Source: Macrostomum lignano (Eukaryota). Taken from it: a stretch of DNA of 64,000 bases. Both the position numbers and the translations under genes were made by a program. Below the pieces are notes generated by a model. It did no database searches. It saw nothing but the letters and a program-made list of their open reading frames with translations, and was not told where the DNA came from. Of the stretch, positions 39,588 to 51,333 are shown piece by piece (within the stretch, counting starts at the first letter, position 1; every line of letters begins with the position of its first letter). Location: positions 62,775 through 126,774 of the forward strand of contig NIVC01002998.1 in the NCBI GenBank assembly GCA_002269645.1, given 5' to 3'.

Positions 39588-39990
39588 ATGTCGAGTTCGT
39601 GTCTTCCCGAACCACCGAGTGACTGCGATAACAACACGGGTGGCGGCGACGACTTCAATGCAGCAGCTTCGAGAGGTTCACCCGTGACAGGCCTGTCCGT
39701 GCTCAACAGTCAGGACTCAGAGATGCAGATGCAGCTTGCCAGGCTATCCCGTCTGATGGCTCCAGCCGGTGGAAGCTCCACTGCGCTGCCACTAGAGTGC
39801 GACGCTGGATTCGAGAGCTCTTCTCTCTGCGGCAATTTCAACAATGTCGACCCGGAGTCCGATGATCGACCGACAGCCAAACAGAAGCGAGTAGCTCGCG
39901 TGGTGATGGCTGTCGCCTTCATTCTGCTGTCAATGTGCTTCGTGCTGATTGTTGTCACGCTGTCAATGTCTGATCACATTGACAGAATGG
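39588..39990 (+). CDS. First coding exon of an uncharacterised single-pass membrane protein; downstream exon not assigned
   Basis: ATG 39588; disordered N-terminus; basic stop-transfer KQKRVAR; TM VVMAVAFILLSMCFVLIVVTL; then SMSDHIDRM and a strong donor G|GTGAGT at 39990/39991. Confidence 0.6.
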
Positions 39991-40076
39991 GTGAGTTTCC
40001 GGGAAGTGTGTTGAAATTAAAAAAGCGCATCTTTTTCTTCTGTCTACAGCATTGGAAAACGACTGTTAGCACACTT

Positions 40077-40535
40077 CTCTCTTTACTCACCGTACTCTAC
40101 TCTCTACTCACTGTACTCTACTCTCTAATCACTGTACTCTACTCTCTAATCACTGTACTCTACTCTCTAATCACTGTACTCTACTCTCTAATCACTGTAC
40201 TCTACTCTCTACTCACTGTACTCTACTCTCTAATCACTGTACTCTACTCTCTACTCACTGTACTCTACTCTCTAATCACTGTACTCTACTCTCTAATCAC
40301 TGTACTCTACTCTCTAATCACTGTACTCTACTCTCTAATCACTGTACTCTACTCTCTAATCACTGTACTCTACTCTCTAATCACTGTACTCTACTCTCTA
40401 ATCACTGTACTCTACTCTCTAATCACTGTACTCTACTCTCTAATCACTGTACTCTACTCTCTAATCACTGTACTCTACTCTCTAATCACTGTACTCTACT
40501 CTCTACTCATTGTACTCTATTTTATACTCACTAAA
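40077..40535. repeat. 21-bp minisatellite (ACTGTACTCTACTCTCTAATC)n
   Basis: About 21 units. Produces the spurious LITVLYS ORF tail. Confidence 0.95.
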
Positions 40536-41706
40536 CTCTAATCTCTGCTTTCGATCCAAAGATGAGACGGGATTGAAGGGTTGAGGTCTCTCTGCCCTAG
40601 ACGCTTACGGAAAGGTTATTAATAGGCTTTTAGGCCATGCATTGGTTTCCATGCCTTGTTTCTATTCTACTCGTAGAGCATTGTTATAATTGTTATAATG
40701 ACCAAGGAAGAAGCATTGCCAAAGAATGTTATTTCTTCGGTGAAAAGTACCAACTAACAGAATGCAAATCGGAATGAAGGCTAAATGCTGATTACCTTAT
40801 CAACTGAAGACTTATAAACGTAGACTTCTGGAAGACTCGACACTGAAGCTTAGGAATATTGGCTATAATGCTTTTAAAATCTTGAAAAAAATACTCTGGT
40901 ATATTTAGCTTCTCAATCTTCTTACTAAGAAGTAGCAAGAAAAGAATATAGTTTTTCTCCTTTAGTTTCCTCAAGAAACTATTCAATCTGCATTTTATCT
41001 CTTTACTATAATTAGAGATAAATTACAAGCATTGATTGTTCATTTCAGTTCGAAAAGCTCTAATGCACAGTCTGAGCAAGGCCAGGTCGCAGTCAAGCTC
41101 TAAGTTGTCATCGGAGTTTCGACAGACTTGGAATTTGGCTACCACTGCAGCATCAGCAACCGATAACTGATTGATGCAATGCAGATTCGTTTTAGTATAT
41201 TTAAGAATACCGAAACCAAAAAACGCTGTGGGCTGCAAATGACAACATTGCTTGTTTATTTGTATCTGTGTAACGTACATGTACTGCTCGATTTAAACTA
41301 AATTAAGTGATTCCTGTTTTGCGGTTCATGGCTTAAAAATCATTATGAAGGTAAATAAAAAAGCTAAAGGTAATATTACTCGTAGATCGCGGCTCATTTC
41401 CCACGGTGAACTAGTAAAAGTAGGTTAAGTGTAGGCAGAAGTGTAGCTTCTGGTGTCAAGTGGTTAAAATGAATAAAAAGGTTTCTTGAGAGGCGTCTGA
41501 AGAGTCTAAGTGCCACGCATTAAAGGAAAAGTAAAACTCAATTAAACGGATACTATACTCGTATGGAATCAGCTTTGAATTTTGTTAACAAACGTAATTA
41601 TTGGTTAGAGGTTACGTTTATAATTATAGAAAACGCCTGCTAGAAAAAGAACACAGCAAATTCTATAGAGTCTTGTAAGAAAGTAAACTCTGCAAAACCA
41701 CAGGAG

Positions 41707-42780
41707 CTACTGACGCTGCACCATGCACGCCTCCAGCCAGTCGTCGCGCACCCTCGCTTCGTTCACTTGGCTAATACCATTGCGCAACTCGATAAGATCT
41801 ACGTCATCCGGCAGTTGGCCAAGTATGAAGATGCAAATTCGAGCAAGAGGCCGGTAGATAATTCCATAGTTGTCCTGCTGAAGGAATTCTTGCTGATTAA
41901 AGTCGATCCTGGCCACCTTTTGGGGAGATTCGTCCAGCCGCTGCCAGCCCGGGTTGTCATCCCAGTGCGGGAAGGTGACAAAAAACCAAAACTTGCCTGG
42001 CTCCGCATCGTCCAGAGTTTCTAAGACTCTCTCGGCAGTGGCGTTCAGCACAGGCTCCACAAAGGGCGGGCCGAGACTCCAGCCGCCCGGATATCCGGAC
42101 AGGTCGAGGCGGAAGAAGTTTCCCAGACTGCCAAACGCGGCGTCAGTGTCATTGAACAGGCTGCAGAACTTGACGCCATCTCGTCCCAGAAGGCGGCAGT
42201 TCAGAGGCGACGAGAAGCCCTCATAGGTGACGTGGCCAACGTCGTACAGAGCGTCGAGTCCCGACACGCACATGCCAGACTCACCGCCGTAGAACTTGCA
42301 CAGATGAGCGTAGCGAAGGCACATCAGCGCAGTCGCGTCAGTGCCGTATGTTTGCGCCAGGTAGCGAATTCGAAGACAATTCCGGGTTTGGAAATCACCC
42401 ACGAGTATATTTCCACTGGTTCCGCTCTCGGTGTATCGAACAGCAACATCAGGCAGTGGTTCATCCTCGAGATCAGTGCCCAGAAATTCTTCGATACTGT
42501 CGAACACCTGGTTGGATATTCTCTTTGCCGTATCTTCATTCGCGCGTAAATTCTGTTGCAGCATCCTCTCCAGTTCCGTCCTGAGGTTTTCATTAAACGG
42601 TTGCTGTGGCAACAACGGATAGGCAGCTTCTTGATCCGCTGTGTTGAAGAGTTGCACGATTTGCAGAAACCTACCAAACACGTTTAATGCGGCATTCTTG
42701 TGCTTATTCTCGGGACCCCATTTAGGAAGGGCTGTTCGAAAGTCTTGAAAAAGCCTTTCGATAAAATTGTATTGTCGCAT
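41707..42780 (-). CDS. PCIF1/CAPAM-like methyltransferase-domain protein, copy A (intronless, no WW domain, GPPF motif)
   Basis: Motifs CLRY, YEGFSSPLN, FCSLFNDTDAAFGSLG, GPPFVE, FFVTFPHW align by eye to human PCIF1 LLRRY, FECFASPLN, YCSAFPDTDGYFGS.G, NPPFCEE, FIVFIPEW. The homologous upstream ATG at 42826 is out of frame by 1 nt. Confidence 0.85.
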   Translation of the reverse strand: MRQYNFIERLFQDFRTALPKWGPENKHKNAALNVFGRFLQIVQLFNTADQEAAYPLLPQQPFNENLRTELERMLQQNLRANEDTAKRISNQVFDSIEEFLGTDLEDEPLPDVAVRYTESGTSGNILVGDFQTRNCLRIRYLAQTYGTDATALMCLRYAHLCKFYGGESGMCVSGLDALYDVGHVTYEGFSSPLNCRLLGRDGVKFCSLFNDTDAAFGSLGNFFRLDLSGYPGGWSLGPPFVEPVLNATAERVLETLDDAEPGKFWFFVTFPHWDDNPGWQRLDESPQKVARIDFNQQEFLQQDNYGIIYRPLARICIFILGQLPDDVDLIELRNGISQVNEARVRDDWLEACMVQRQ

Positions 42781-44530
42781 CTCTTTGGCGATTTTTTTCC
42801 GGTTCTATTCCAGCGAATTCGGCCATTATTTTCACACGGCTTGATTGTCTCAGTAATCGTTAGGGTAGTTTAGAGTGCAGATATTTGCAGCTCGGTGTTT
42901 TTTCAATGGCCTGTATTTATGTCGTTGCTCTCCAGCCGGTAGAGATTTTCATCGTTTATATTTCCAAGAAATGAAACAAAATCTACGACAATAAAAATTC
43001 TCGCTGACGCGAGCGAGGGCAGGGAAATGTACAGTTTTGCAACTGAGGCAAAATTCCAGGAAATGGCTACTGTACATAACTCAGATCCAAATAACTGGAT
43101 GTATAGTCTCTTCGGCCCTGAAAATTGTTTTTTTTAACTAGAAACAATAGCCCAAGTGGCGCGCGCCGCCACTCGCTCATTGTAGGCAGCGCTAGAGCAG
43201 CTTATGTCCAGACAAAAAGTGCGCACAGTTATGTTCTTACCCCAAAAAGTCTGACCCCCGGCCTCAGTTCGTCTTTATGCAAAAGAGAGAGGCATACGAA
43301 GCTGCCGTGAAATGCGCAAGTACCTGCCGCAAAGTTTTGCTAGATTAATTTTCAAAATATATGATGAGACCATCTTCAATTCGAGCACAAGAACGATGAC
43401 TTAACTGGACAAGCTTTTTATCTTCGAGTACTATTAGTAGCATTTAAAGCTCGACGCTTCGAATGATGGCAACCAAAAACTTGATCAAAGTGATATTTTC
43501 TAGAATTTTGCAACAAAAAGTAACTGGTCATTTTGAACATTGATTTTAAACTAGGATGACTGTAGGAAATTATTTTGAAGACAATTTCACTTCTAGGATT
43601 ATAAACTCAAAGCTGAAGTTTCTAATCGGTGTCATATCTTAACTGCAACAGGTACGAACAAGATTAATAATTAGATTTGCAGGAGGGTTGTGGGCACCCT
43701 TGCGTAGCATCTTCCCTGACATAGCTCTACAAACAGCACTGAGACAATTCTGCCTCAGTCTTTTTGTCCTTTTGTTTTCAGTCTTTTCTGCCTCACTCCG
43801 GAGCACATTAGCACGCTTCAAACATTAGCACATTAGCACGCTTCCTGACTTTCAAATCGTCAGGAATGTAACACTATGTGCCTTGTAGGTTGGCATACAT
43901 GGGTGTAAATCGCATCGGCTAATTTTCGGGAACAAGCCCTAGATGAATCAAACCAGAGGTACGCTCGTAGTGGTGCGAGAGTCAAATTAGTTTACTACTG
44001 GCTTACCATCTGGAGACAATGGCGCAACATTTGTGAGTGCGACTCTATGACTTGCTGTAGGTTTTTGTTTTTTGTCGTAGTCCAGATTTCAGGGTGACAG
44101 ATCAGGACGTGCTCAACTTAATTCAATCAAAATCAATTGATGAAATCTATGGCATCGTCTTCGCCCTCCCAGTATGATCAGCAGCATCTCGAACGGAGAT
44201 AGATTAGAGACTAAGACGCTGAAAAGATGCAACAGATTACCATGTCTCTTTCTACTTTAAAAAAGGTCTTTACGCTCAAACCAAGCCACTGGTAACTTTT
44301 GAGCATTCTACTTTTGCCAAACAACTTTCCAAACATGATATTTAATAGCAATTAGTAGCAAAACGTCCAAAAGCACAGTTCTAGACTTTTTATGCGTAAA
44401 ATAGTTGCTGAGGATCTATCGAAATATAGAGGGTATTCAGAGAAATTCAGTACATCAGAGAAATTGTCCTTGGGTATCTGGTGCCACATGTTGAAGGCCA
44501 AGACACTCTGCTTGGGCCACGACACTCTGC

Positions 44531-46055
44531 TTGGGCCAAGACACTCTGCTTGCTCCCGATGAGGCATCTGCGGTGTCAGCATGGGAAGCGCAATCTGCTA
44601 ATTTCAACATTTCTACGGTGCTAAAAACACCAACTCCAAGACTTAAAAAAAAAGTCCAAGCAGACTTTTCGACGAACATATCGGAAGCAGCACCGACGCC
44701 CACAGAGCCGACTCCTCCGGTGCTCCCTTCAATGAGGCTTGGGCCTGGCTACATCCACAATATGCAGCAGCAGATCCAAGGCCTTGTTGATTTTCCGTTG
44801 GAGAGCCCACATGGTCTTCTTTATGTGCAGCTGAGCATTCACCGAGAGTTTGCGATGAGAAGCAGCGCACTTGAGGCCAAAGTCGATGCGCTAACGAGTG
44901 AGATAACCGGATATCGCTCGGAGATCAAGCGGCTGTCATCTATTATTGATCCTAATAGTGAATCTGTCCAGGTGACAACTTTCGAAGCGATAGACTCGTG
45001 GGAAGACTATATCCGCTTCATTGAAAACCCCGAGGTTTTGCACGAGAATTCGGTGAGTGTATAATACGCTTTTTGTAAAAAGTGTTTGTTTTGTAAAAAT
45101 ATGTAAAAAGATTTACATCTTTTGAGATTGAGGCTGAGCAAATTGATGCATTAACTACTGTGTATATATACATAAAATACAAAAACTGAAGTAAAGTTTA
45201 AATATCCCAGCTAATTAAAAATCGCTTTGAACTCTTTCCTTTGACAGAGAAATCATTTGCGACTCTTCGCGCGTGCCAAGTGGGAAGATTCGGTACGCGA
45301 CATGCTCGACTCCGCCCCAAGGCTGAAGATGCAGGCCGTGGTCAACTACAAGGGAGTCGACATACAGCAGCGAGCCACACAGGCTGGTGTACCTACCCAT
45401 TTAAGTGACGATGATCTTGGACTTAAAAAAGTATTTTTGCCATTTGTTCAAGGTTAGTGCTATTTTTCACTATAACATTTATGAGCAGATCTTTAGCTCC
45501 TATGATTCAATACAAGTTAGACCGCATGCACTGCTTAAAAAGACTTCAAGAATAAGCCAAATTATATCTCCAATCTACTACTACCCGACCATGAGTAGCA
45601 ATGCAAAAATGTTTTTTCCAAGAAATTTTAATTAAGATCTAATTGTTGCTGTTCATTTATCTTTAACAGAAGCGGTCACGAAGATCTTCGGCAAAATCGG
45701 AGATGACAAAAGGCCTCCGATCGGAGCGGTCGCAAACGCTTGCCGCGATCACCTCAAGCGCGGCGGCGATCGTTTCACACAGCGAATTCATCGCAAGGCC
45801 AGTGAAAAACCTCGGTCTACTAATAAACCTCAGCGGCTGGTTTGCAAGTATCGACCTCAGCAACCCCAGGAGCTTTCAAAGACTGCAGCCGCTTCTGGAG
45901 CAGCTTGTGCCGTGCAGCAAAGACAGACCCAGAAGAAAGCTGCCGCCTCTTCAAAGGCGGCTTCACGCAAGCGCCGAAGATCTAGCGACTCTGATTCCTC
46001 TGATGCTAGTTCTATCGTGGACGTGTACTCGAATTCTAGCGATTTTGAAATCTAG
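44531..46055 (+). CDS. Spliced DUF4806/BEN-like putative DNA-binding protein, copy 1; exons about 44531-45052, 45248-45452, 45670-46055; true start uncertain
   Basis: In-phase GT-AG junctions (TCG|GTGAGT, GACAG|AGA, CAAG|GTTAGT, AACAG|AA) give a continuous ~370-codon frame. Coiled coil, then IDSWEDY..VRDMLD..VNYKG..F.PFVQEAV..VANACRDHLKRGGDR, then basic/acidic tail. Confidence 0.6.
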
Positions 46056-46934
46056 TAAAGTATGAACACTTGACGTCATCTCATTGTAGTTAACAATTAT
46101 TTTTGTGTAATTTTATCGAGTTAAATTAGCTAAACAGTGAGTTTAATGTATGATTATGAGTGCATGCAAATTTGAAGGATCTCGTAAACCAGTGCTAACG
46201 GATACGATTATCAATAGTCGCTGAACTCAGAATTGTCTATTCAGCTTGAGTGCTCACATTATGTATTTTCTATTTTGTTTAAACTTCCTTAGTTACTGGT
46301 AGTTAGAAACAAAATTATTTTGTTTAATTTCTTGCTAATGCAAATTTTCCTTACGCTTATGTTAGTTTTTTTCAGAAATTCAATGATTAATTACTAGCAT
46401 ATTTTAAACATAAAGTTTTTTATAAATATTAATAAACCTTTCGTACTCTGAAAAGTATTTGTTTGCTCATGTACTCGCTCATGGGCTAAGCTCATGTACT
46501 CGTAGTTACTAAAGAAGTCAGCTGATGCAGACACATGTCGTCGACGTGCTGATGGCTTGGCAAGGCGCATAGAGGCTTATTAAATATTCTAGCGCTCATG
46601 AAAAAAATCCGACCTTCTGGCAGAATCGTTCAATATATCGACGGTCCTGAGGGCTGCTGACTTGATTCTGCGTTGCTCCAGTAACGACGCAGCGAAAACG
46701 CGTTCACATAAAAACATTTAATTTTTAGCTCAACTCGAGATCATAGCACTATTTCAGCTTTCAGCATCTTTCTCTTTGCTTTTATTTGATAATCGAGCCA
46801 ACCGGTGCTGGAAAATTAAATCAGTTTGAGGAGGACGAGAGGTGAGCGGGTGGGGTTGCGCTGAGCTTGCACAGCAAAATGCCTACTGAGCACTAGAGCT
46901 TAACCCAGCCCAAATGAACAAGCTCTAGGCCAGT

Positions 46935-47260
46935 GTGGTTGACACTCGAACAACCCCGGAATCTGGAGTGAGCTTCCACAGCCAGCCTCTCCAAGACGCT
47001 GCTCTTGAGAAATGGAAGCGAGAAAACCCGAGAAGACAGTTTAAACGGGCGAAGTTCTCCAAGATTTGCTCTCGCGATTTTTATTTCCCCATGACTTTAT
47101 TAAAGCATCAGCGGATACCAACGTCACACGCAAAGAGAAGCGAGTCGCTATCAAGGAGGTGTCTGAAGCTTGAAGCGGTTCCATTCATTTTCCCAAATGC
47201 TCCCATCTACTTATGATCTCACAAGAAGGCACAGCGAGCAACCTCAGTGACCTCAGGAGA
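46935..47260 (+). pseudogene. Degenerate THAP-domain relic, copy 1
   Basis: GVSFH..P..KW..N.R..F...SKICS.DF...RR.LK.EAVP.IFPN.P.YL matches the THAP core. The N-terminal C-x-C is missing, the zinc His reads Asp, and a stop follows YL. Confidence 0.7.
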
Positions 47261-48509
47261 AAGAGCTGGAATTGGAGTCTTTCTGGAAGCCGACTTCAAT
47301 GCTGAGACGAACCTTCAGGAGATTTAGCTGCAAGCTGGAGCAGGAAGCAGCCAAGCCAGCTGGATTCCAGACGGCTATCCAAGGCAAGCTCTGCATCTAT
47401 ATGCTACAGACAGCTTCTGAATTCGTGACCTTGTTTTTTCTTGGGCTTAATTCGTTACAGAGGCATGGCCATAGAATGCTATTTTCGGGTGAAAAGTGCC
47501 AATGAACAGGAGGAAAACCGACATTCATACGAGCGTATTGGCTGAAGGCTGATTCTCTTATCAACTGGACTTATAAACGGAGGGCTTCTGGAAGACGTGA
47601 CATTGAAGCTTAAGAATGTTGACTTTCATACTTTGAAAATCTTGAAAAAAAACTCTATCTGAGCGTGTGAATCAGTAAAAAATGACACTTGTATGGGGAA
47701 TTGTCGTGCGGAATTGTCTACTAAGAAGTAGCAAGAACAGAATATAAACTTCTTTTTCTGTATATTTTTCAATAAAATTTGAAGTCTGCATTCTTCAAAC
47801 GTATGCAAGAACTCAGAAATCGATGCTGGGATTTCTTGGTCTTGAATCTCTTTACTTGAATTGAAAATAAATCGCCAACACTGACCGGTCATTTCAGTTC
47901 GACAAGCTCTTATGCGCATCATGAGCAAGGCAAGGTCGCAGTCAAACTCGAAGTTGTCGTTGGAGTTTCGGCAGACTTTTAATTTTGCTACCTCAACAAT
48001 TCGGCAACTGATAACTGATTGATGCAATGCAGATTGGCTTAATATATCTATATTTAAAAACACCGAGTAACCCTTTGGGCTTTAAATGAAAATATTTTTT
48101 GTTAATTTGCACTTGTGTAACATACTGCTCGATTTAAACTGAACTGAGTGAAAAAATTACTATGAAAGTAAATAAACAAAGCTTATTACGTAATATAGAT
48201 CGCGCCTCATTACATACGGTAAACTAGAAAGTGTAAGCTAAAGTGAACGCATGCCTGACTTTTAAAGAAAAAGTTGTTTTATTCAACAGGTTTTTAAGCT
48301 ACGCTCATAGCTTCCGGTATTACATGTGAGAGGTTAAACTGAATAAAAAATTATTTCTGTGGTGTCTGAAGATTTTTCAAATGGCTGCTGTTAGCTAGTT
48401 GTCAGAGGTTTTTAACTATAGGAAACTCCTGGTAGAAATATATTATATAACACAGAAAATTATATAGAGTAGAGTCTTTTAAGAAGTTAACTCTGCCAAA
48501 CCACAGGAA

Positions 48510-49583
48510 CTACTGAGGCTGCACCCTGCACGCCTCCAGCCAGTCGTCGTGCACCTTCGCTTCGTCCAATTGGCTAATACGATTGCGCAACTCGATTAAA
48601 TCTACGTCGTCAGGCAGTTGGCCGAGTATGAAGATGCAAATTCGAGCAAGAGGCCGGTAGATAATTCCATAGTTGTCCTGCTGAAGGAATTCTTGCTGAT
48701 CAAAGTCGATCCTGGCCACCTTTTGGGTAGATTCATCCAGCCTCTGCCAGCCGGTGTTGTCATCCCAGTGCGGGAAGGTGACAAAAAACCAAAACTTGCC
48801 CGGCTCCGCATCGTCCAGAGTTTCTAAGACTCTCTCGGCAGTGGCGTTTAGAACGGGCTCCACAAAGGGCGGGCCGAGACTCCAGCCACCCGGATATCCA
48901 GACAGGTCGAGGCGGAAGAAGTTTCCCAGACTGCCAAACGCGGCGTCAGTGTCCTTGAACAGGCTGCAGAACTTGACGCCATCTCGTCCCAGAAGGCGGC
49001 AGTTCAGAGGCGACGAGAAGCCCTCATAGGTGACGTGGCCAACGTCGTACAGAGCGTCGAGTCCCGACACGCACATGCCAGACTCACCGCCGTAGAACTT
49101 GCACAGATGAGCGTAGCGGAGGCACATCAGCGCAGTCGCGTCAGTTCCGTATGTTTGCGCCAGGTAGCGAATTCGAATACAGTTCCGGGTTTGGAAATCA
49201 CCCACGAGTATATTTCCACTGGTTCCGCTCTCGGTGTATCGAACAGCAACATCAGGCAGCGGTTCACCCTCGAGATCAATGCCTAGAAATTCTTCGATAC
49301 TGTCGAACACCTGGTTGGATATTCTCTTTGCCGTATCTTCATTCGCGCGTAAATTCTGTTGCAGCATCCTCTCCAGTTCCGTCCTGAGGTTTTCATTAAA
49401 CGGTTGCTGTGGCAACAACGGATAGGCAGCTTCTTGATCCGCTGTGTTGAAGAGTTGCACGATTTGCAGAAACCTACCAAACACGTTTAATGCGGCATTC
49501 TTGTGCTTATTCTCGGGACCCCATTTAGGAAGGGCTGTTCGAAAGTCTTGAAAAAGCCTTTCGATAAAATTGTATTGTCGCAT
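48510..49583 (-). CDS. PCIF1/CAPAM-like protein, copy B (chimera: 5' part as copy A, 3' part as copy C)
   Basis: Same motifs with GPPF at 48864-48875. N-terminus identical to A, C-terminus identical to C. Confidence 0.85.
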   Translation of the reverse strand: MRQYNFIERLFQDFRTALPKWGPENKHKNAALNVFGRFLQIVQLFNTADQEAAYPLLPQQPFNENLRTELERMLQQNLRANEDTAKRISNQVFDSIEEFLGIDLEGEPLPDVAVRYTESGTSGNILVGDFQTRNCIRIRYLAQTYGTDATALMCLRYAHLCKFYGGESGMCVSGLDALYDVGHVTYEGFSSPLNCRLLGRDGVKFCSLFKDTDAAFGSLGNFFRLDLSGYPGGWSLGPPFVEPVLNATAERVLETLDDAEPGKFWFFVTFPHWDDNTGWQRLDESTQKVARIDFDQQEFLQQDNYGIIYRPLARICIFILGQLPDDVDLIELRNRISQLDEAKVHDDWLEACRVQPQ

Positions 49584-51333
49584 CTCTTTGGCGATTTTTT
49601 TCCGGTTCTATTCCAGCGAATTCGGCCATTATTTTCACACGGCTTGATTGTCTCAGTAATCGTTAGGGTAGTTTAGAGTGCAGATATTTGCAGCTCGGTG
49701 TTTTTTCAATGGCCTGTATTTATGTCGTTGCTCTCCAGCCGGTAGAGATTTTCATCGTTTATATTTCCAAGAAATGAAACAAAATCTACGACAATAAAAA
49801 TTCTCGCTGACGCGAGCGAGGGCAGGGAAATGTACAGTTTTGCAACTGAGGCAAAATTCCAGGAAATGGCTACTGTACATAACTCAGATCCAAATAACTG
49901 GATGTATAGTCTCTTCGGCCCTGAAAATTGTTTTTTTTAACTAGAAACAATAGCCCAAGTGGCGCGCGCCGCCACTCGCTCATTGTAGGCAGCGCTAGAG
50001 CAGCTTATGTCCAGACAAAAAGTGCGCACAGTTATGTTCTTACCCCAAAAAGTCTGACCCCCGGCCTCAGTTCGTCTTTATGCAAAAGAGAGAGGCATAC
50101 GAAGCTGCCGTGAAATGCGCAAGTACCTGCCGCAAAGTTTTGCTAGATTAATTTTCAAAATATATGATGAGACCATCTTCAATTCGAGCACAAGAACGAT
50201 GACTTAACTGGACAAGCTTTTTATCTTCGAGTACTATTAGTAGCATTTAAAGCTCGACGCTTCGAATGATGGCAACCAAAAACTTGATCAAAGTGATATT
50301 TTCTAGAATTTTGCAACAAAAAGTAACTGGTCATTTTGAACATTGATTTTAAACTAGGATGACTGTAGGAAATTATTTTGAAGACAATTTCACTTCTAGG
50401 ATTATAAACTCAAAGCTGAAGTTTCTAATCGGTGTCATATCTTAACTGCAACAGGTACGAACAAGATTAATAATTAGATTTGCAGGAGGGTTGTGGGCAC
50501 CCTTGCGTAGCATCTTCCCTGACATAGCTCTACAAACAGCACTGAGACAATTCTGCCTCAGTCTTTTTGTCCTTTTGTTTTCAGTCTTTTCTGCCTCACT
50601 CCGGAGCACATTAGCACGCTTCAAACATTAGCACATTAGCACGCTTCCTGACTTTCAAATCGTCAGGAATGTAACACTATGTGCCTTGTAGGTTGGCATA
50701 CATGGGTGTAAATCGCATCGGCTAATTTTCGGGAACAAGCCCTAGATGAATCAAACCAGAGGTACGCTCGTAGTGGTGCGAGAGTCAAATTAGTTTACTA
50801 CTGGCTTACCATCTGGAGACAATGGCGCAACATTTGTGAGTGCGACTCTATGACTTGCTGTAGGTTTTTGTTTTTTGTCGTAGTCCAGATTTCAGGGTGA
50901 CAGATCAGGACGTGCTCAACTTAATTCAATCAAAATCAATTGATGAAATCTATGGCATCGTCTTCGCCCTCCCAGTATGATCAGCAGCATCTCGAACGGA
51001 GATAGATTAGAGACTAAGACGCTGAAAAGATGCAACAGATTACCATGTCTCTTTCTACTTTAAAAAAGGTCTTTACGCTCAAACCAAGCCACTGGTAACT
51101 TTTGAGCATTCTACTTTTGCCAAACAACTTTCCAAACATGATATTTAATAGCAATTAGTAGCAAAACGTCCAAAAGCACAGTTCTAGACTTTTTATGCGT
51201 AAAATAGTTGCTGAGGATCTATCGAAATATAGAGGGTATTCAGAGAAATTCAGTACATCAGAGAAATTGTCCTTGGGTATCTGGTGCCACATGTTGAAGG
51301 CCAAGACACTCTGCTTGGGCCACGACACTCTGC

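Noticed and set aside
40032-40541. Hydrophobic LITVLYS repeat tail of ORF 39516-40541
   Set aside because: Translation of the 21-bp minisatellite downstream of a strong splice donor at 39991.
41767-42677. Antisense and alternate-frame ORFs over the PCIF1-like genes (also in copies B and C)
   Set aside because: Shadows of a GC-rich coding sequence; their lengths vary between copies while the main frame is conserved.
44147-44293. Short ORF MASSSPSQ.. conserved with 57568-57712, with a shared TAG
   Set aside because: Only 17 codons; changes after the stop include indels and a further stop, so there is no case for readthrough.
46645-46710. Hammerhead-like CUGACUUGA..CUGCGU/ACGCAG..GAAAACGCGUUC
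   Set aside because: Core has two extra bases, stem II lacks the closing G-C pair, and the motif straddles an inversion breakpoint.
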